A DNA stretch of 64,000 nucleotides, taken from positions 32,001 through 96,000 of IMG/VR virus record IMGVR_UViG_3300027151_000002; one strand, written 5' to 3'. The DNA is from a virus. Under the pieces are notes generated by a model. It was not told where the DNA came from. It worked only from the letters and a program-made list of their open reading frames with translations, and ran no database searches. The position numbers and the translations under genes are program-made. This document shows, in pieces, positions 48,607-58,852 of the stretch (position 1 is the stretch's first letter; each line of letters begins with the position of its first letter).

Positions 48607-49086
48607 ATGGCCACCGGTGCCTTTTTTAACTCGCTGGGGTATCGGTTCTATGTGAAGGCCGGCACCACCGCCAGCACCAAGCCAACCGCTAGCACCGGCA
48701 TGACTGAGGTGCTGTCCCTGACCAACGCTGGTATCCAGGGCACCAGCCAGACGCAGGAAGTGCAGGACTACGGCAGCACGCTGGGCTTTACCGCTTCGCT
48801 GGTGACCACGCAGGCTTACACCATCCCCTGCGAGATGAACCTCAACCTGAATGACGCCGGTTATGCCGTCCTCAAAAATGCTGCCCTAAATGCTGCAACC
48901 GGCACCACTGTTGAGTGGTATCGTGAATCGCCCGAGATGAGTGGCACCGGCAGCCCTGAATACCACTCCGGCGTCGCCTTCGTGACCGACTTCTCGGAGT
49001 CGATTGCTGCAGGCAATGTTGCAACTGTCAGTTTTACCTTGTCGGGCTACGGCTCGTATTCCTGGTCTGCCGAGACCAACGCCTGA
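48607..49086 (+). CDS. tail tube (major tail) protein
   Basis: 159 aa; G.AFVTDFSES..AGNVATVSFTL.GYG. Confidence 0.75.
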   Translation: MATGAFFNSLGYRFYVKAGTTASTKPTASTGMTEVLSLTNAGIQGTSQTQEVQDYGSTLGFTASLVTTQAYTIPCEMNLNLNDAGYAVLKNAALNAATGTTVEWYRESPEMSGTGSPEYHSGVAFVTDFSESIAAGNVATVSFTLSGYGSYSWSAETNA

Positions 49087-49114
49087 GCAACTTAGGTTGT
49101 CGGGTGGACAGCAG

Positions 49115-49143
49115 AGCGGCCAGCTGGAGATGGCCGCTTTTTT
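49115..49143 (+). terminator. intrinsic terminator between convergent genes
   Basis: AGCGGCCA-N8-TGGCCGCT followed by a T tract. Confidence 0.75.
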
Positions 49144-49147
49144 GTGT

Positions 49148-49597
49148 CTACAACCCGCCGATGCCGTCTAGGCGTCGCCACTGCTCAGCAAAGAAGCGAT
49201 CTAGCGGTTGCTTCTCTAGGGCTGGCTTGATCCAGTTGCGGCCTGGTACCAGTGTGCCCTTGCTGGTGGTGTAGCCCGTCAAGATGAGGCCGGCATACAT
49301 GAATCCGTCTTTGCTCTTGGGTTCCCATGTGAAGCGCAGCTGCGTTGCACTGGGGCGATCACGACGTTGAGAGCGCAGCAGACCGCCGAGGTCCACGATG
49401 TCGCGTGGGCTGCTGACGGTTTGCCCATTGCGGCGTTTGGTGGCACGCGGCCAACCGAACTGCGGCGTTTGGATCTCTTCCTTGAGCTGATCACCCAAGA
49501 CCTTCCCGTAGGTGGTCAGGATCTGCGGCACGCGCAGCTTGAGCTGATTGGCATTCCAGCCGGTCAGCTTGAAGTTGGCCTTGACCTGAACTGGCAT
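49148..49597 (-). CDS. neck/tail completion protein (HK97 gp10-like)
   Basis: PRDIVDLG.L.RS, YA..I..G, PGRNWIKPAL. Confidence 0.65.
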   Translation of the reverse strand: MPVQVKANFKLTGWNANQLKLRVPQILTTYGKVLGDQLKEEIQTPQFGWPRATKRRNGQTVSSPRDIVDLGGLLRSQRRDRPSATQLRFTWEPKSKDGFMYAGLILTGYTTSKGTLVPGRNWIKPALEKQPLDRFFAEQWRRLDGIGGL

Positions 49598-49992
49598 CAG
49601 CCCTGCACGTAGCGGGCCAGCCGGATCTTGTCGCCAATGACCTGCTGCACGGTGCTGCCAATCAGACCGGTGGTGCCGTAGGGGTAGCGGCTGTTGATCA
49701 CTTCGCAGTCGATGCTGCCTTGACCGGCGAAGTTCAGAGTGCCGACCACTCCGGGCTTGATGCGTGCATCCAGTGCTTGCGGGCTGACCGCATAGCCCTC
49801 GTAGGTCTCAACTTCAGTGTCAACGCCAGGAAAGTCCGAGGCCCTGGTGCTGCCTTGACGCAGGTACAAGCTGACCGTGACTGTTTCCGTGGCCGGCACA
49901 ACGTTGCCGGTGACGGGATCAGTGACTGTGCCAACGGTTGGAACCGTGAAGATTGCAGTGGCGTTGGCCAGTGCAGCGAGAGCGCTAGTCAT
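49597..49992 (-). CDS. head-closure-like protein
   Basis: DPVTGN motif, beta-rich 131 aa; coupled to the gp10-like gene. Confidence 0.5.
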   Translation of the reverse strand: MTSALAALANATAIFTVPTVGTVTDPVTGNVVPATETVTVSLYLRQGSTRASDFPGVDTEVETYEGYAVSPQALDARIKPGVVGTLNFAGQGSIDCEVINSRYPYGTTGLIGSTVQQVIGDKIRLARYVQG

Positions 49993-49995
49993 GGC

Positions 49996-50005
49996 CTAGG
50001 TTCCC
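49996..50005 (-). promoter_or_regulatory. segment B promoter box GGGAACCTAG (minus strand)
   Basis: 3 nt before the minus-strand ATG at 49992. Confidence 0.65.
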
Positions 50006-50014
50006 GCAATCAGC

Positions 50015-50024
50015 GGCAACTTAA
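50015..50024 (+). promoter_or_regulatory. segment B promoter box GGCAACTTAA
   Basis: 19 nt before the TMP GTG; back-to-back with the 49996 box. Confidence 0.65.
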
Positions 50025-50043
50025 GAGCACATGAAGGCGTGTT

Positions 50044-52269
50044 GTGGCGGAGAGTCTGGGCTCAGCTGTCTTAACAGTCAGCGTTGATGATGCCCAGCTC
50101 AAAGCAGGCCTGCAAGCTGCAGAACGTCAAGCAACAGCGACTGGCCGCGCAGTAGAAAAAGCCTTCACACCGTCCGGCAAGTCGGTGCAGACTGCTGCCA
50201 ACGGTCTGCAGTATTTCATTGATACGCAGGGTCGTGCCCGTGATACGGCTGGTAAGTTTCTGACCGTTGCACAGCAGCAGGCGGCTGGGATTGAAAACGT
50301 CGGCAAAAGTGCAAAGCGGGCAAGCTTTGACATCAGCGGCCTAGGTGATGCGTTAGCTGCGATTGGTATTGGTGCTGCCGCTGCTGGGTTTCTGCGTGGC
50401 TCCGTTAATGCTGCTGTAGAACTTGAAAGTATTAGCAAGAAACTCAGCAATACGCTCGGTGAGCAAGGTGCTGGGCAGGCACTCAGTTTTACCAAGGGCT
50501 TGGCTGATCAGCTGGGCCTCAGCTTCAAAACGCTGGCCGGTAGTTTTGGCAGCTTTACAGCCGCAGCCTCGGCGGCCAATGTTCCGCTTGACCAGCAGAA
50601 AGAGCTGTTCGCTGCTGTCGCTAAGGCGGCGCAGGCTCTTGGTCTGAGCAACGATGAAATCAATGGCTCACTGCTGGCCCTGCAGCAGGTTGCAGCCAAA
50701 GGCACCGTGCAGATGGAAGAACTGCGCGGTCAGCTTGGTGAGCGCTTGCCGATTGCTTTTGGTGCTACTGCCAAAGGGCTTGGCATCACACAGCAAGAGC
50801 TAATTAAGCTCGTGGAGTCTGGAAGGCTCACAGCATCTGAGTTTTTCCCTGCTCTGACCAAAGGCCTTAATGAGCTGACAGCAGGTGCTGGTGGTTCGGC
50901 AACTGCAGCTCAGAACTTCCAAAAGCTGGCTAATGCTTTTGACGAGCTGCAGACATCCTTTGGAAAGACTTTGCTGCCAACCATTACCGAGCAGGTCAAG
51001 AACCTGACCGGTGCGTTGAGTGGGTTGCAGATTGGAATTGATGCCAACAAGCTTGGCCTTGGTGGCCTCTTTGGCAACCTTGGCCTAGTTCCAGATGCAG
51101 GCATTGAGGCCGTTGCATCGGTGCGGCAACTTGCTGAGCAGTATCAGCTGACCGCTGAGCAGGCACGGGCTCTGTTCTTTGATGCGGCCAAGCTTGAAGG
51201 TCTAACACTTACCAGCACAGGCTTTCTCCCCGACGCTAAAGGTTTGGAGCGAGCGCTAGAGCGCTTGCCGCAACTAGCCGAAGAATTCAGGGCCAAAAAT
51301 AAGGATGCAGTCACAGAGCTGAAAGCACAAGCGGCAGAGGCTGCTCGTGTTGCTGCAGAGCAGAAAAAAGGACGTGACAGCGTTGAAAACATTCAAGAAG
51401 CCATTAAGGCTTTGTCTTCAGAGCAGAAGGCATTGGCGGTTGATAGTCAGCGCTATGCAGACATCTCGCAAGAGATCGTCAACAAGCAAACGCGACTCAA
51501 TGAGCTGAAGAAGACCGAGGGCCAGCGTTTTGCCGAAAGTATTGCTGCTGCAAATCAGCTTCGTAGTATTCAAGAGGAGATCGCCATCCAACAGCAGCGC
51601 GGCAGCTTGACTGGTACTGGCATTGGCGCGTTACAAGCTGTCAAAGCGCTGGAGGATGCCAAACGAGCTGAGCAAGAAGCCCAGGCTGCTCTTGGTGCTG
51701 ATCCTGGTAACTCCAGCCTCTTCAACGCCTCGCAGCAGGCAGCAGCCAATGTTCAGCTGGCTGCAGCTAAGACCAAGGCCGACCTTGAAGACGCTTTTAG
51801 GTCCGCACAAGATGCGGTGCGCAGCATCAGCCGCAGCATTGAGGATTCCGTCACTGCCCTGAACGCCGCACGCGGTAGCGCTGAGGGCATCAATAAGTTC
51901 ATCAATCCCCAGCAAGCCCGTGAGCGGCAACAGGCTGCCAACGTGACCTTGCTGCGTGAAGCAAGCGATCTGGCTAAGCAGCTTGGCGTCACTGCCACCT
52001 TCCGGGGTGGGCTGACGCAGCGCAACAGCCAGCTCAACGAGTTCATCACAGCTGCACGGCAAGAGCTGCGTGCTCCTGAGGACATTGCACGCTCCAACTT
52101 GGATTTAGCGCGTGCTCAGAACGATCTCGCCACCGTCAACGAGTCCCTAGTCAATGTGACTACTCAGCTGGCGGAAGCGACCGCAAACCTAGCGAGTAAG
52201 GACTGGAACGTTTACGTGAACGCTCCGGCCACTGCTGATCTGCCCCGTGGCGTGGAGGTTTACCAATGA
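50044..52269 (+). CDS. tail tape measure protein (741 aa)
   Basis: MAESLGSAVL.V.VD; ALQQVAAKGTVQMEELRGQLGERLP; Ala/Gln-rich coiled coil. Confidence 0.9.
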   Translation: MAESLGSAVLTVSVDDAQLKAGLQAAERQATATGRAVEKAFTPSGKSVQTAANGLQYFIDTQGRARDTAGKFLTVAQQQAAGIENVGKSAKRASFDISGLGDALAAIGIGAAAAGFLRGSVNAAVELESISKKLSNTLGEQGAGQALSFTKGLADQLGLSFKTLAGSFGSFTAAASAANVPLDQQKELFAAVAKAAQALGLSNDEINGSLLALQQVAAKGTVQMEELRGQLGERLPIAFGATAKGLGITQQELIKLVESGRLTASEFFPALTKGLNELTAGAGGSATAAQNFQKLANAFDELQTSFGKTLLPTITEQVKNLTGALSGLQIGIDANKLGLGGLFGNLGLVPDAGIEAVASVRQLAEQYQLTAEQARALFFDAAKLEGLTLTSTGFLPDAKGLERALERLPQLAEEFRAKNKDAVTELKAQAAEAARVAAEQKKGRDSVENIQEAIKALSSEQKALAVDSQRYADISQEIVNKQTRLNELKKTEGQRFAESIAAANQLRSIQEEIAIQQQRGSLTGTGIGALQAVKALEDAKRAEQEAQAALGADPGNSSLFNASQQAAANVQLAAAKTKADLEDAFRSAQDAVRSISRSIEDSVTALNAARGSAEGINKFINPQQARERQQAANVTLLREASDLAKQLGVTATFRGGLTQRNSQLNEFITAARQELRAPEDIARSNLDLARAQNDLATVNESLVNVTTQLAEATANLASKDWNVYVNAPATADLPRGVEVYQ

Positions 52270-52991
52270 GCGTCACCATCGGCGCGTTCAGCACCAGCAA
52301 GCTGATCGCCCAGCCCTTTGGCTACGACGAGACCAACACCCGCGACGGCCTCACCGCCCGCAAGTGGACCGTCAGAGGTCTGCTGAGCGTCTACAACACC
52401 TGGCGCGACGCACGCCTCACCGATGCCGACACGTTGAGCAGCGGCACGATTGGCACCACCGTCAGCCTGACCGCCAGCGCCAACGGCATCACCTGGAGCG
52501 GCATCGCCTGCTGGTTCAACAGCGCCCCCAGCGGTGATCAAGCCGGCCCTTACATCCAAGCCACCTGCGAGCTGGTGGATGCCGCCCAAGCCCTGGCGGT
52601 GCTGCTGCGGCAGGAAGAGAAGAATCGTCAGCGCAGCGAAGCGCTTGCCAATCCCAACCTCGGCACGGTGACGCTCGGCTCCGCCACGTTGACCCTGCTG
52701 GCGCCGATGGAAACCTACCAAGACACACCACAGCTGCAGCTCACCGCTAGTGGCACTCATGTGATTAACGGTGCCTTGAGCGCTACCCGTGTGCGTCGCA
52801 TCCGTGGCACCACCGACAGCAGTGGTTGGAGTGCCGTGCGCAGTTGGTACGAAACCAGCGTGGCCTCCGTGCCCAGTGTGGGCGCCTGGTATCCGATCTC
52901 AGCACCCACAGCAGAAGCCGAGGTGATCATCAGCGGCGGCGCCAAGAGCACCCGCTACACGATCACCGTTGACGCTGCGGAGGTGAAGTAG
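52266..52991 (+). CDS. distal tail-like protein
   Basis: Coupled directly after the TMP; two similar beta-rich halves. Confidence 0.5.
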   Translation: MSVTIGAFSTSKLIAQPFGYDETNTRDGLTARKWTVRGLLSVYNTWRDARLTDADTLSSGTIGTTVSLTASANGITWSGIACWFNSAPSGDQAGPYIQATCELVDAAQALAVLLRQEEKNRQRSEALANPNLGTVTLGSATLTLLAPMETYQDTPQLQLTASGTHVINGALSATRVRRIRGTTDSSGWSAVRSWYETSVASVPSVGAWYPISAPTAEAEVIISGGAKSTRYTITVDAAEVK

Positions 52992-55900
52992 ATGCCCATC
53001 GACATTCGCGCCGAAGTCAGCTGCAGCCTTGGCACCGTCATCAGCGGCAGCTTTGCCGACGACTACCTGCAGGGCAACGGCCTAATCAAGACCCGTGGCG
53101 AGGTGGTGCTGGACGGCACCCAAACGCCTGAGGTCGGCACTGAGGTCACCTTCACCTACGCCAAGGCAGGCGACACCTACACAGTGCCGCGTGTGCTGCG
53201 GGTGCTGAGCAGCTTTGCCGATCCATTCCGCCGCACCACCACGGTGCAGCTGGGATGCAAGCTGACCTACCTAGAAAACCGCAAGCCGCCGGTTGAGAAC
53301 CCAAGCAGCAAAGACGAGAACGCCGAAGTGCCCTGCAAGGTGTTCCTGAAGGCGACGCTGCCGATCACGGCCGAGTACGTGTTCCAGCAGTGCCTTGATG
53401 CGCTGCAGCTTGACGCCGCAAGCATCCCCCTCACCAACAAGTTCTCGGTTGAGGAGTTCGACCTGACGCCTGGCTACATCCAGGTGATGAGCGACCTGCT
53501 GCAAAGCGAGGGCTACGCGGGCTACCTCGACAGCGAGGAAACGCTGCAGTTCTTGGACCTGACCGAAGAGGCCAGCACCGGCCCTGTAATCACTCCGGCC
53601 GATGTGGTGGACCTCGGCCCGATTGGCAGCGGTGAACTGCCAGGCGAGAGCGTGGTGGTGCGCTGGAGCAACCTGCGCCTGCTGCCTCCTGATGAGCTGT
53701 ACGGCGACGAATACCTCAAGCGCAGCTGGGAGATTGAGGAAGTCTTCGGCGCACCGTCTGAGGTCACGGTCAGCTACACAACTGATGAAGGCAACACAGT
53801 CAGCGACAGCGACGTTTTCTACCCGTACAGCTTTGCTGCCACTCGCTACGACGTGTGGGACCGCAAGATCGAGTCAATTTCCTACAACCTAGTTTCTTCA
53901 GCGGAGACAAACAACCGCTGGGCTAGTGATGCGTTCCGCAAGGGGCGTTTGTGGAACTTGCCCACCGCCCGCCTGACGCGAGAGGTTGTTGAGTACGAGA
54001 AGGCGGCTGCCGCAGCCAACAACGCCAACCTGATGTCTGTGCAGCAGGTCGGTGGCGGCGTTAACGACATCAAGGCACAACTCGGCAGCGCAGCCGAAGC
54101 CCACACCGGCTTGGCCAATCTCTGCAAAAAAGAGGTGCCCGAGGGTGCTGATGTTGTCAAATCTCAGACGACATACAACTACTTCTCCGAGCTGGAGCTA
54201 GCGGGCAGCCTCAATATTGACACCTACATCAGCAACAGCGGTTCGCTGGTGGAGTTTGACACCATCGCAGCCGAACTGGATTCCTTCGTGGTCGTCGAAT
54301 ACGAGACGGACACCAGCTCTGGCATCTCCAAGACGATCACCAAGCGCTCGGTCTCGCGCTCGCAAACCGTGTCCGGTCAACAGGACTTAGCGACCCGCGC
54401 TCAGGAGCTTGACACTGCGAACCTGAGCAACAGCATCAGCTCGCTGCTGGGCCTTGCTCGCCGCCAGGTGTATGTCGGTGCCGAGACCAGCCTGCACACG
54501 CAGCGTGAGTACGGCCTGCAGAAGCGGCCCAGCGAAGCGGAGCGCAATAACACCGCCAACAGCAAGCCGCAGATCAGCGAATCCAAAGCCGAAATCACCT
54601 GGATCGTTGGTAGCCCCACCAGCACAGCGGTGACCGAGTTCACGCTGCCCTATGCGCCAGACGATGCGATCAGCTGGAACGAGACCACAGGTGAGTTCAG
54701 CAGCGAACCCAGCGATGCTGATCAGAAGGCAATGCGTTACGGCCGTGTGCAGAACGCGCTGCTGCTGGGCAACCGCAACGGCGTCAGTCTGCAGCTGGCC
54801 CCAGATCAACTGCCCAAGCGCCCCTTTGATCCGCTGTACCTGCAGGCCGGCGGCATCACCGGTGCCTACCGCGTCAACGGCACCAGCTGGGCCTTTGATG
54901 CCAACGGCATCGTGGCCTCCACCGATGCGCTGCTGTGGGGTGCGGTGAGTGCAGCCAGCGGCACCAACCTCGCCAGCAGCTGGGTTCCGTTAGTGCCTGG
55001 CACCACCAGCCTGCCGTTGCCTTACACGCCATCACCCGGCGGCACTGACTCAGAAACCGGTGTGACCCATTCCGCTGTGATTACACCTGCTGTGGTGCTG
55101 GCGCCATACCTGGAGAGCGTCAAGGTTGAGGGCATTAGCCGCAGCACCGTTGCGCTGACGGACTACCCGTACACCCTGGACCGTGGCACCGAGACACAGG
55201 TGGCCGTCACCAAGACAAAGCTGGTAGTGGGCAGCAAGGTGGTGGCCGACACTGCTGCGTTCACTCTCAGCGGTCAATCAGCTGGCTTTGGCTATGCCCG
55301 CAAGCTGATCGGCGGCGAAGGCAGTTTTGCTGCTACGGGCTTTAGTGCTGGCAGCGTGCGCAGCTACGGCATTGGCACCAACGCTGGCACCTTCACGTTG
55401 AGCGGCCAAGACGTTGTACTGAAGCGCGTGTTGACCCCGCTAACAGCTGAGCCTGGCAGCTTCGTGCTCGCCGGTCAAGACGCTACATCTAGCGGTGCTA
55501 CCACGTTGAGCGCAGCTGCTGGCACTTACAGCTTCAGTGGCGAGGCAGCCAACAGCATTCGCGGCTACCGACTTGCTGGCGATACCGGTACATACGGAGC
55601 AACTGGCCAATCGGCAAATCTCGGTTTGTCAGATCCGAACTTCAGCAGCGTGGTGTTGTTGTTGCATATGGACGGAACGAACGGCAGCACCACATTTATC
55701 GACAACAGCTCCAATGCCTTTACAGTTACAGCATTGGCTGACGCCAAGATCAGCACAACACAAAGCAGGTTTGGTGGTGCCAGCGCAGCCTTTGATGGCA
55801 CGGGCGATGCCTTGAGTCTGGCTGACAGCGAAGCGTGGAACTTAGGTGGCGGTAGCTTTACGATTGAATGCTGGCTTTACACAACTTCTACGGCGGCAAG

Positions 55901-56324
55901 CTTTGGCATTGCCTCTCAGCGAGGTACAGCCACGAGCAACCATGCTTGGAGCTTCTTGTGGTCTTTTGCTTCTGCGGCGATGCAGTTCCGTTATACAGCA
56001 ACTGGCACCGCTGAGATTGCCCGAAACTGGCCGTGGACGCCTTCTGTCAATACTTGGTACCACGTTGCGGTCAGCCGCAATTCCCCGACAAACGAATGGC
56101 GCTTCTTTGTTGATGGCGTTCAAGTGGGCACGCCTCAAATCAACTCAAACACAATTTTCAATGCGGCAAAACCATTGCTGATTGGGGCTGTAAACAACAG
56201 CACCACAACGACTTCGCCAAGCTCAGTGCTTAACGGCTACATCGACGACTTCCGCTTAACGAAAGGCGTAGCTCGTTACACAGCCAATTTCACACCACCT
56301 GCTGCAGCATTCCCAGACTTCTGA
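52992..56324 (+). CDS. tail hub/central fibre with C-terminal LamG (ConA-like) domain
   Basis: G.F.L.GQ repeats; VVLLLHMDG.NGST, FDGTGD, FTIECW, WYHVAVSR, GYIDDFRLTKGVARY. Confidence 0.75.
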   Translation: MPIDIRAEVSCSLGTVISGSFADDYLQGNGLIKTRGEVVLDGTQTPEVGTEVTFTYAKAGDTYTVPRVLRVLSSFADPFRRTTTVQLGCKLTYLENRKPPVENPSSKDENAEVPCKVFLKATLPITAEYVFQQCLDALQLDAASIPLTNKFSVEEFDLTPGYIQVMSDLLQSEGYAGYLDSEETLQFLDLTEEASTGPVITPADVVDLGPIGSGELPGESVVVRWSNLRLLPPDELYGDEYLKRSWEIEEVFGAPSEVTVSYTTDEGNTVSDSDVFYPYSFAATRYDVWDRKIESISYNLVSSAETNNRWASDAFRKGRLWNLPTARLTREVVEYEKAAAAANNANLMSVQQVGGGVNDIKAQLGSAAEAHTGLANLCKKEVPEGADVVKSQTTYNYFSELELAGSLNIDTYISNSGSLVEFDTIAAELDSFVVVEYETDTSSGISKTITKRSVSRSQTVSGQQDLATRAQELDTANLSNSISSLLGLARRQVYVGAETSLHTQREYGLQKRPSEAERNNTANSKPQISESKAEITWIVGSPTSTAVTEFTLPYAPDDAISWNETTGEFSSEPSDADQKAMRYGRVQNALLLGNRNGVSLQLAPDQLPKRPFDPLYLQAGGITGAYRVNGTSWAFDANGIVASTDALLWGAVSAASGTNLASSWVPLVPGTTSLPLPYTPSPGGTDSETGVTHSAVITPAVVLAPYLESVKVEGISRSTVALTDYPYTLDRGTETQVAVTKTKLVVGSKVVADTAAFTLSGQSAGFGYARKLIGGEGSFAATGFSAGSVRSYGIGTNAGTFTLSGQDVVLKRVLTPLTAEPGSFVLAGQDATSSGATTLSAAAGTYSFSGEAANSIRGYRLAGDTGTYGATGQSANLGLSDPNFSSVVLLLHMDGTNGSTTFIDNSSNAFTVTALADAKISTTQSRFGGASAAFDGTGDALSLADSEAWNLGGGSFTIECWLYTTSTAASFGIASQRGTATSNHAWSFLWSFASAAMQFRYTATGTAEIARNWPWTPSVNTWYHVAVSRNSPTNEWRFFVDGVQVGTPQINSNTIFNAAKPLLIGAVNNSTTTTSPSSVLNGYIDDFRLTKGVARYTANFTPPAAAFPDF

Positions 56325-56326
56325 TC

Positions 56327-56336
56327 GGCAACCTAG
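56327..56336 (+). promoter_or_regulatory. segment B promoter box GGCAACCTAG
   Basis: Intergenic; flank CTGATCGG.AACCTAG matches 42741-42756. Confidence 0.65.
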
Positions 56337-56354
56337 TCCCAAAGCCCTGCGTTC

Positions 56355-56777
56355 ATGGCTGCGTTCAATAAGTTCAACAGCTTCGTGGAGGCGTTGGCCG
56401 AGAAAAAGCATGACCTTGGCGCAGACACGCTGAAGGTGATGCTCACCAACGCCGCCCCTGTGGCCACCAACGCGGTGAAGGCTGACCTGACGGAGATCAG
56501 CGCCGGCAACGGCTACACCGCTGGTGGCAACACCGCATCGGTGACGAGTTCGGCCCAGACCTCTGGCACCTACAAGCTGGTTTTGGGTGACCCGGCCACT
56601 TGGACTGCTAGCGGCGGCAGCATTGGCCCGTTCCGCTATGCCGTCCTCTACAACGACACCGCAGCCAGTGATGAGTTGATCGGCTGGTGGGATTACGGCA
56701 GCAGCATCACCCTTGCTGCAGGCGAATCGTTCGCCGTTGACTTTGATCCGACCACCGGCGTCCTGACCTTGGCCTGA
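56355..56777 (+). CDS. virion structural protein
   Basis: DTLKVML, EI.AGNGYTAGG, WTASGG.I, YAVLY.DT, DYG pattern. Confidence 0.65.
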   Translation: MAAFNKFNSFVEALAEKKHDLGADTLKVMLTNAAPVATNAVKADLTEISAGNGYTAGGNTASVTSSAQTSGTYKLVLGDPATWTASGGSIGPFRYAVLYNDTAASDELIGWWDYGSSITLAAGESFAVDFDPTTGVLTLA

Positions 56778-57181
56778 TGGCACTCACCCTCTCGATTAGC
56801 CAATACGAGCTGCAGCGCCAAGCCGCCTTGGCGTTTGAGGGCAAGGCGTATGAGGTGTTTCTGGCCACCAACAGCGGCAGCCTCACCAGCAACTCCACCT
56901 ACACCGCATGGCAGGCGGTGGAAGTCGCTAGCGCAAACGGCTACGCCCCAGTGACCGGCACCATCGGCACCGGATCGTGGAGCGCGGGCAATGCTCGCTA
57001 TGAACTGCCGTCTATCACCGCCACCTTCACCAGTAGCGGCAGCGGCTTCAGCTACGACACGATCTGCGTGCGTATCGGCACGGAGACCTACCTGCACAGC
57101 ACCATTGCTGAATCGCCCAGCATCACTCTGGCCGCCGGGCAGTCCAAGTCCTACGTGATCACTTTGGTGCAGGACGACTGA
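56777..57181 (+). CDS. virion structural protein (paralogue-like of 56355)
   Basis: EV...NGY, FTSSG, SITLAAGQS vs SITLAAGES in 56355. Confidence 0.6.
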   Translation: MALTLSISQYELQRQAALAFEGKAYEVFLATNSGSLTSNSTYTAWQAVEVASANGYAPVTGTIGTGSWSAGNARYELPSITATFTSSGSGFSYDTICVRIGTETYLHSTIAESPSITLAAGQSKSYVITLVQDD

Positions 57182-57184
57182 TCC

Positions 57185-58717
57185 ATGAGCACCTACATCA
57201 CGGTCGCCAGCGGCACCGGCGCTCTGGTGAACCGCGTGAAGCAGGTGCAGCAAGCCAACCGCGAGGCGCAACTGCAGCGTGAGAGCGACGCTGCGCTGCA
57301 GGCGCAAGTCACTGAGGATGCGAAAGCGCAAGCCGCGCAGACCGAGCGCCCGGTCGGCGGCAACCCAGATACCAGCATTGAACGCCGCCCTGCTGCGCAG
57401 CGGGAGCTGGGCAGCGTCATGGGCGTGGAGTACACCACGACGGTGATTCCCAACGTCCCGCAACCCACGTTCCGTTTGACTGTCGGGCCACCAGGACAGC
57501 AGCAGACGGCACAGGCCGAAACGCTTGGCCCCAGCGGGGCAGCAGCCACCAATCAGCCCGCAGCGACTGACACCAGTAGCGGACAAGATTCGGTGCTTGG
57601 GTTCTTGATTCTGCACGACCCTCCCAACTTCTTTGGCAACGACTGGACTACGGAATACCCCTGCGGGTATTTCTTCCAGACGGGGAAAGGTGCAGCGCCT
57701 ACAAGCTCTTGGGCAGAATCTAGAATCTCTAGAGTTGTCACACAGGACTACGACGACTCGGCGTACTACCTGCTGCCGATTGGAGAAGAGACGTGCATCT
57801 TTGTCTACGTCTACAGCAAGCTCAGAACCCTAACGGTCTACGAGCGCCGGGACCGCACAGATCGCGTCTCCGTTAATCCACGCTTTACTGAGTTTGGCTG
57901 CGGCTTTCAGACAGGCACTTACTACGACCGAGAAAGCACGTTCCGCAGCGAGGACATCTTTAGCAACATTGAGGAACGCCAAGCGTATGCGGTGATGGCC
58001 TTTGTCGTCAGCCCTAAAGCGGTGCGGGTGTTGGAGGTGCCCCCTGAATTGGATGCACTGATGCGGCAGTTGCACCCGCCCATGGCGGTCAACGACACCG
58101 TAGAGGTGCTCGGCTCTTCCCAGTACACCCGTTATGAGTTTGCGGATGTGCGAGGCCAAGTGGATCCGCAGAACTACAACGGACCGGTGACCTACGGCAC
58201 AATCACAGTGCCGTACTTCAATGCAACGAAGCACCGCGAAGGCTCACTGCACGGCAACTATGCCAGCGGCAACGACGTACTGGCTAAGCAGTTTGGCCTG
58301 GGTTATCTCAACACCGACACCCACGACGGTGACTTCTTCACCCCAGCGGTGTATCGCTTCATCCGGGCTGCGATGAACCTGAGCAGCGCCAGCACCCAGA
58401 GTTACGCCTATATGCGCAGCACCTTTTTTGGCATTGCCCCCAAGAAGTACCTAGCCCCCTGCGCTGTTGCTGGAAGCTGCCCAGTTGACGGCAACGACGA
58501 GCCCACCACGGTGGTGTTTGACATTACCAAGACAGAGCCTGTGAATATCAGCACAGAGGTGTCTGCTGGTAGTTTCCAGCGCGGCCGCAAGTATCAGGTG
58601 CCGCTCAACGGTGCCGATCAGTATGACGTGGTGTACGGCTGGGATTGGGATAACGCCAACTACTGCCGCCAGCAGCTGACCGCCTTGGGTTTCGCCCCTG
58701 CTGACCTCAAACCATGA
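57185..58717 (+). CDS. candidate receptor-binding/tail protein
   Basis: N-terminal coiled coil then aromatic-rich globular domain; C-terminal W.W.NA.YCRQQL.ALGF..ADL.P. Confidence 0.5.
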   Translation: MSTYITVASGTGALVNRVKQVQQANREAQLQRESDAALQAQVTEDAKAQAAQTERPVGGNPDTSIERRPAAQRELGSVMGVEYTTTVIPNVPQPTFRLTVGPPGQQQTAQAETLGPSGAAATNQPAATDTSSGQDSVLGFLILHDPPNFFGNDWTTEYPCGYFFQTGKGAAPTSSWAESRISRVVTQDYDDSAYYLLPIGEETCIFVYVYSKLRTLTVYERRDRTDRVSVNPRFTEFGCGFQTGTYYDRESTFRSEDIFSNIEERQAYAVMAFVVSPKAVRVLEVPPELDALMRQLHPPMAVNDTVEVLGSSQYTRYEFADVRGQVDPQNYNGPVTYGTITVPYFNATKHREGSLHGNYASGNDVLAKQFGLGYLNTDTHDGDFFTPAVYRFIRAAMNLSSASTQSYAYMRSTFFGIAPKKYLAPCAVAGSCPVDGNDEPTTVVFDITKTEPVNISTEVSAGSFQRGRKYQVPLNGADQYDVVYGWDWDNANYCRQQLTALGFAPADLKP

Positions 58718-58839
58718 ACCAACCCACCAGCAATCCGTTGCTTGCACGGATCAAACAAGTGCAAGCCGCTATTCGCCAAGTGCAGCTGCGCAAGGAGAAA
58801 GAGCAACGCCTCATCAATAGGGCATTAGCCTCTAAGTAA
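58714..58839 (+). CDS. 41-aa coiled-coil peptide (not in the ORF track)
   Basis: MNQPTSNPLLARIKQVQAAIRQVQLRKEKEQRLINRALASK; ATGA coupling. Confidence 0.6.
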   Translation: MNQPTSNPLLARIKQVQAAIRQVQLRKEKEQRLINRALASK

Positions 58840-58852
58840 TCACCAAAAGCCT

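Noticed and set aside
49148-49992. Invertible, phase-variable segment
   Set aside because: No invertase or flanking inverted repeats; the segment has its own promoter box and a convergent terminator
51073-52718. Promoter-box-like GGCAACCTTG (51073) and GGAAACCTAC (52709)
   Set aside because: Inside coding sequence far from starts; explainable by codons, so not counted
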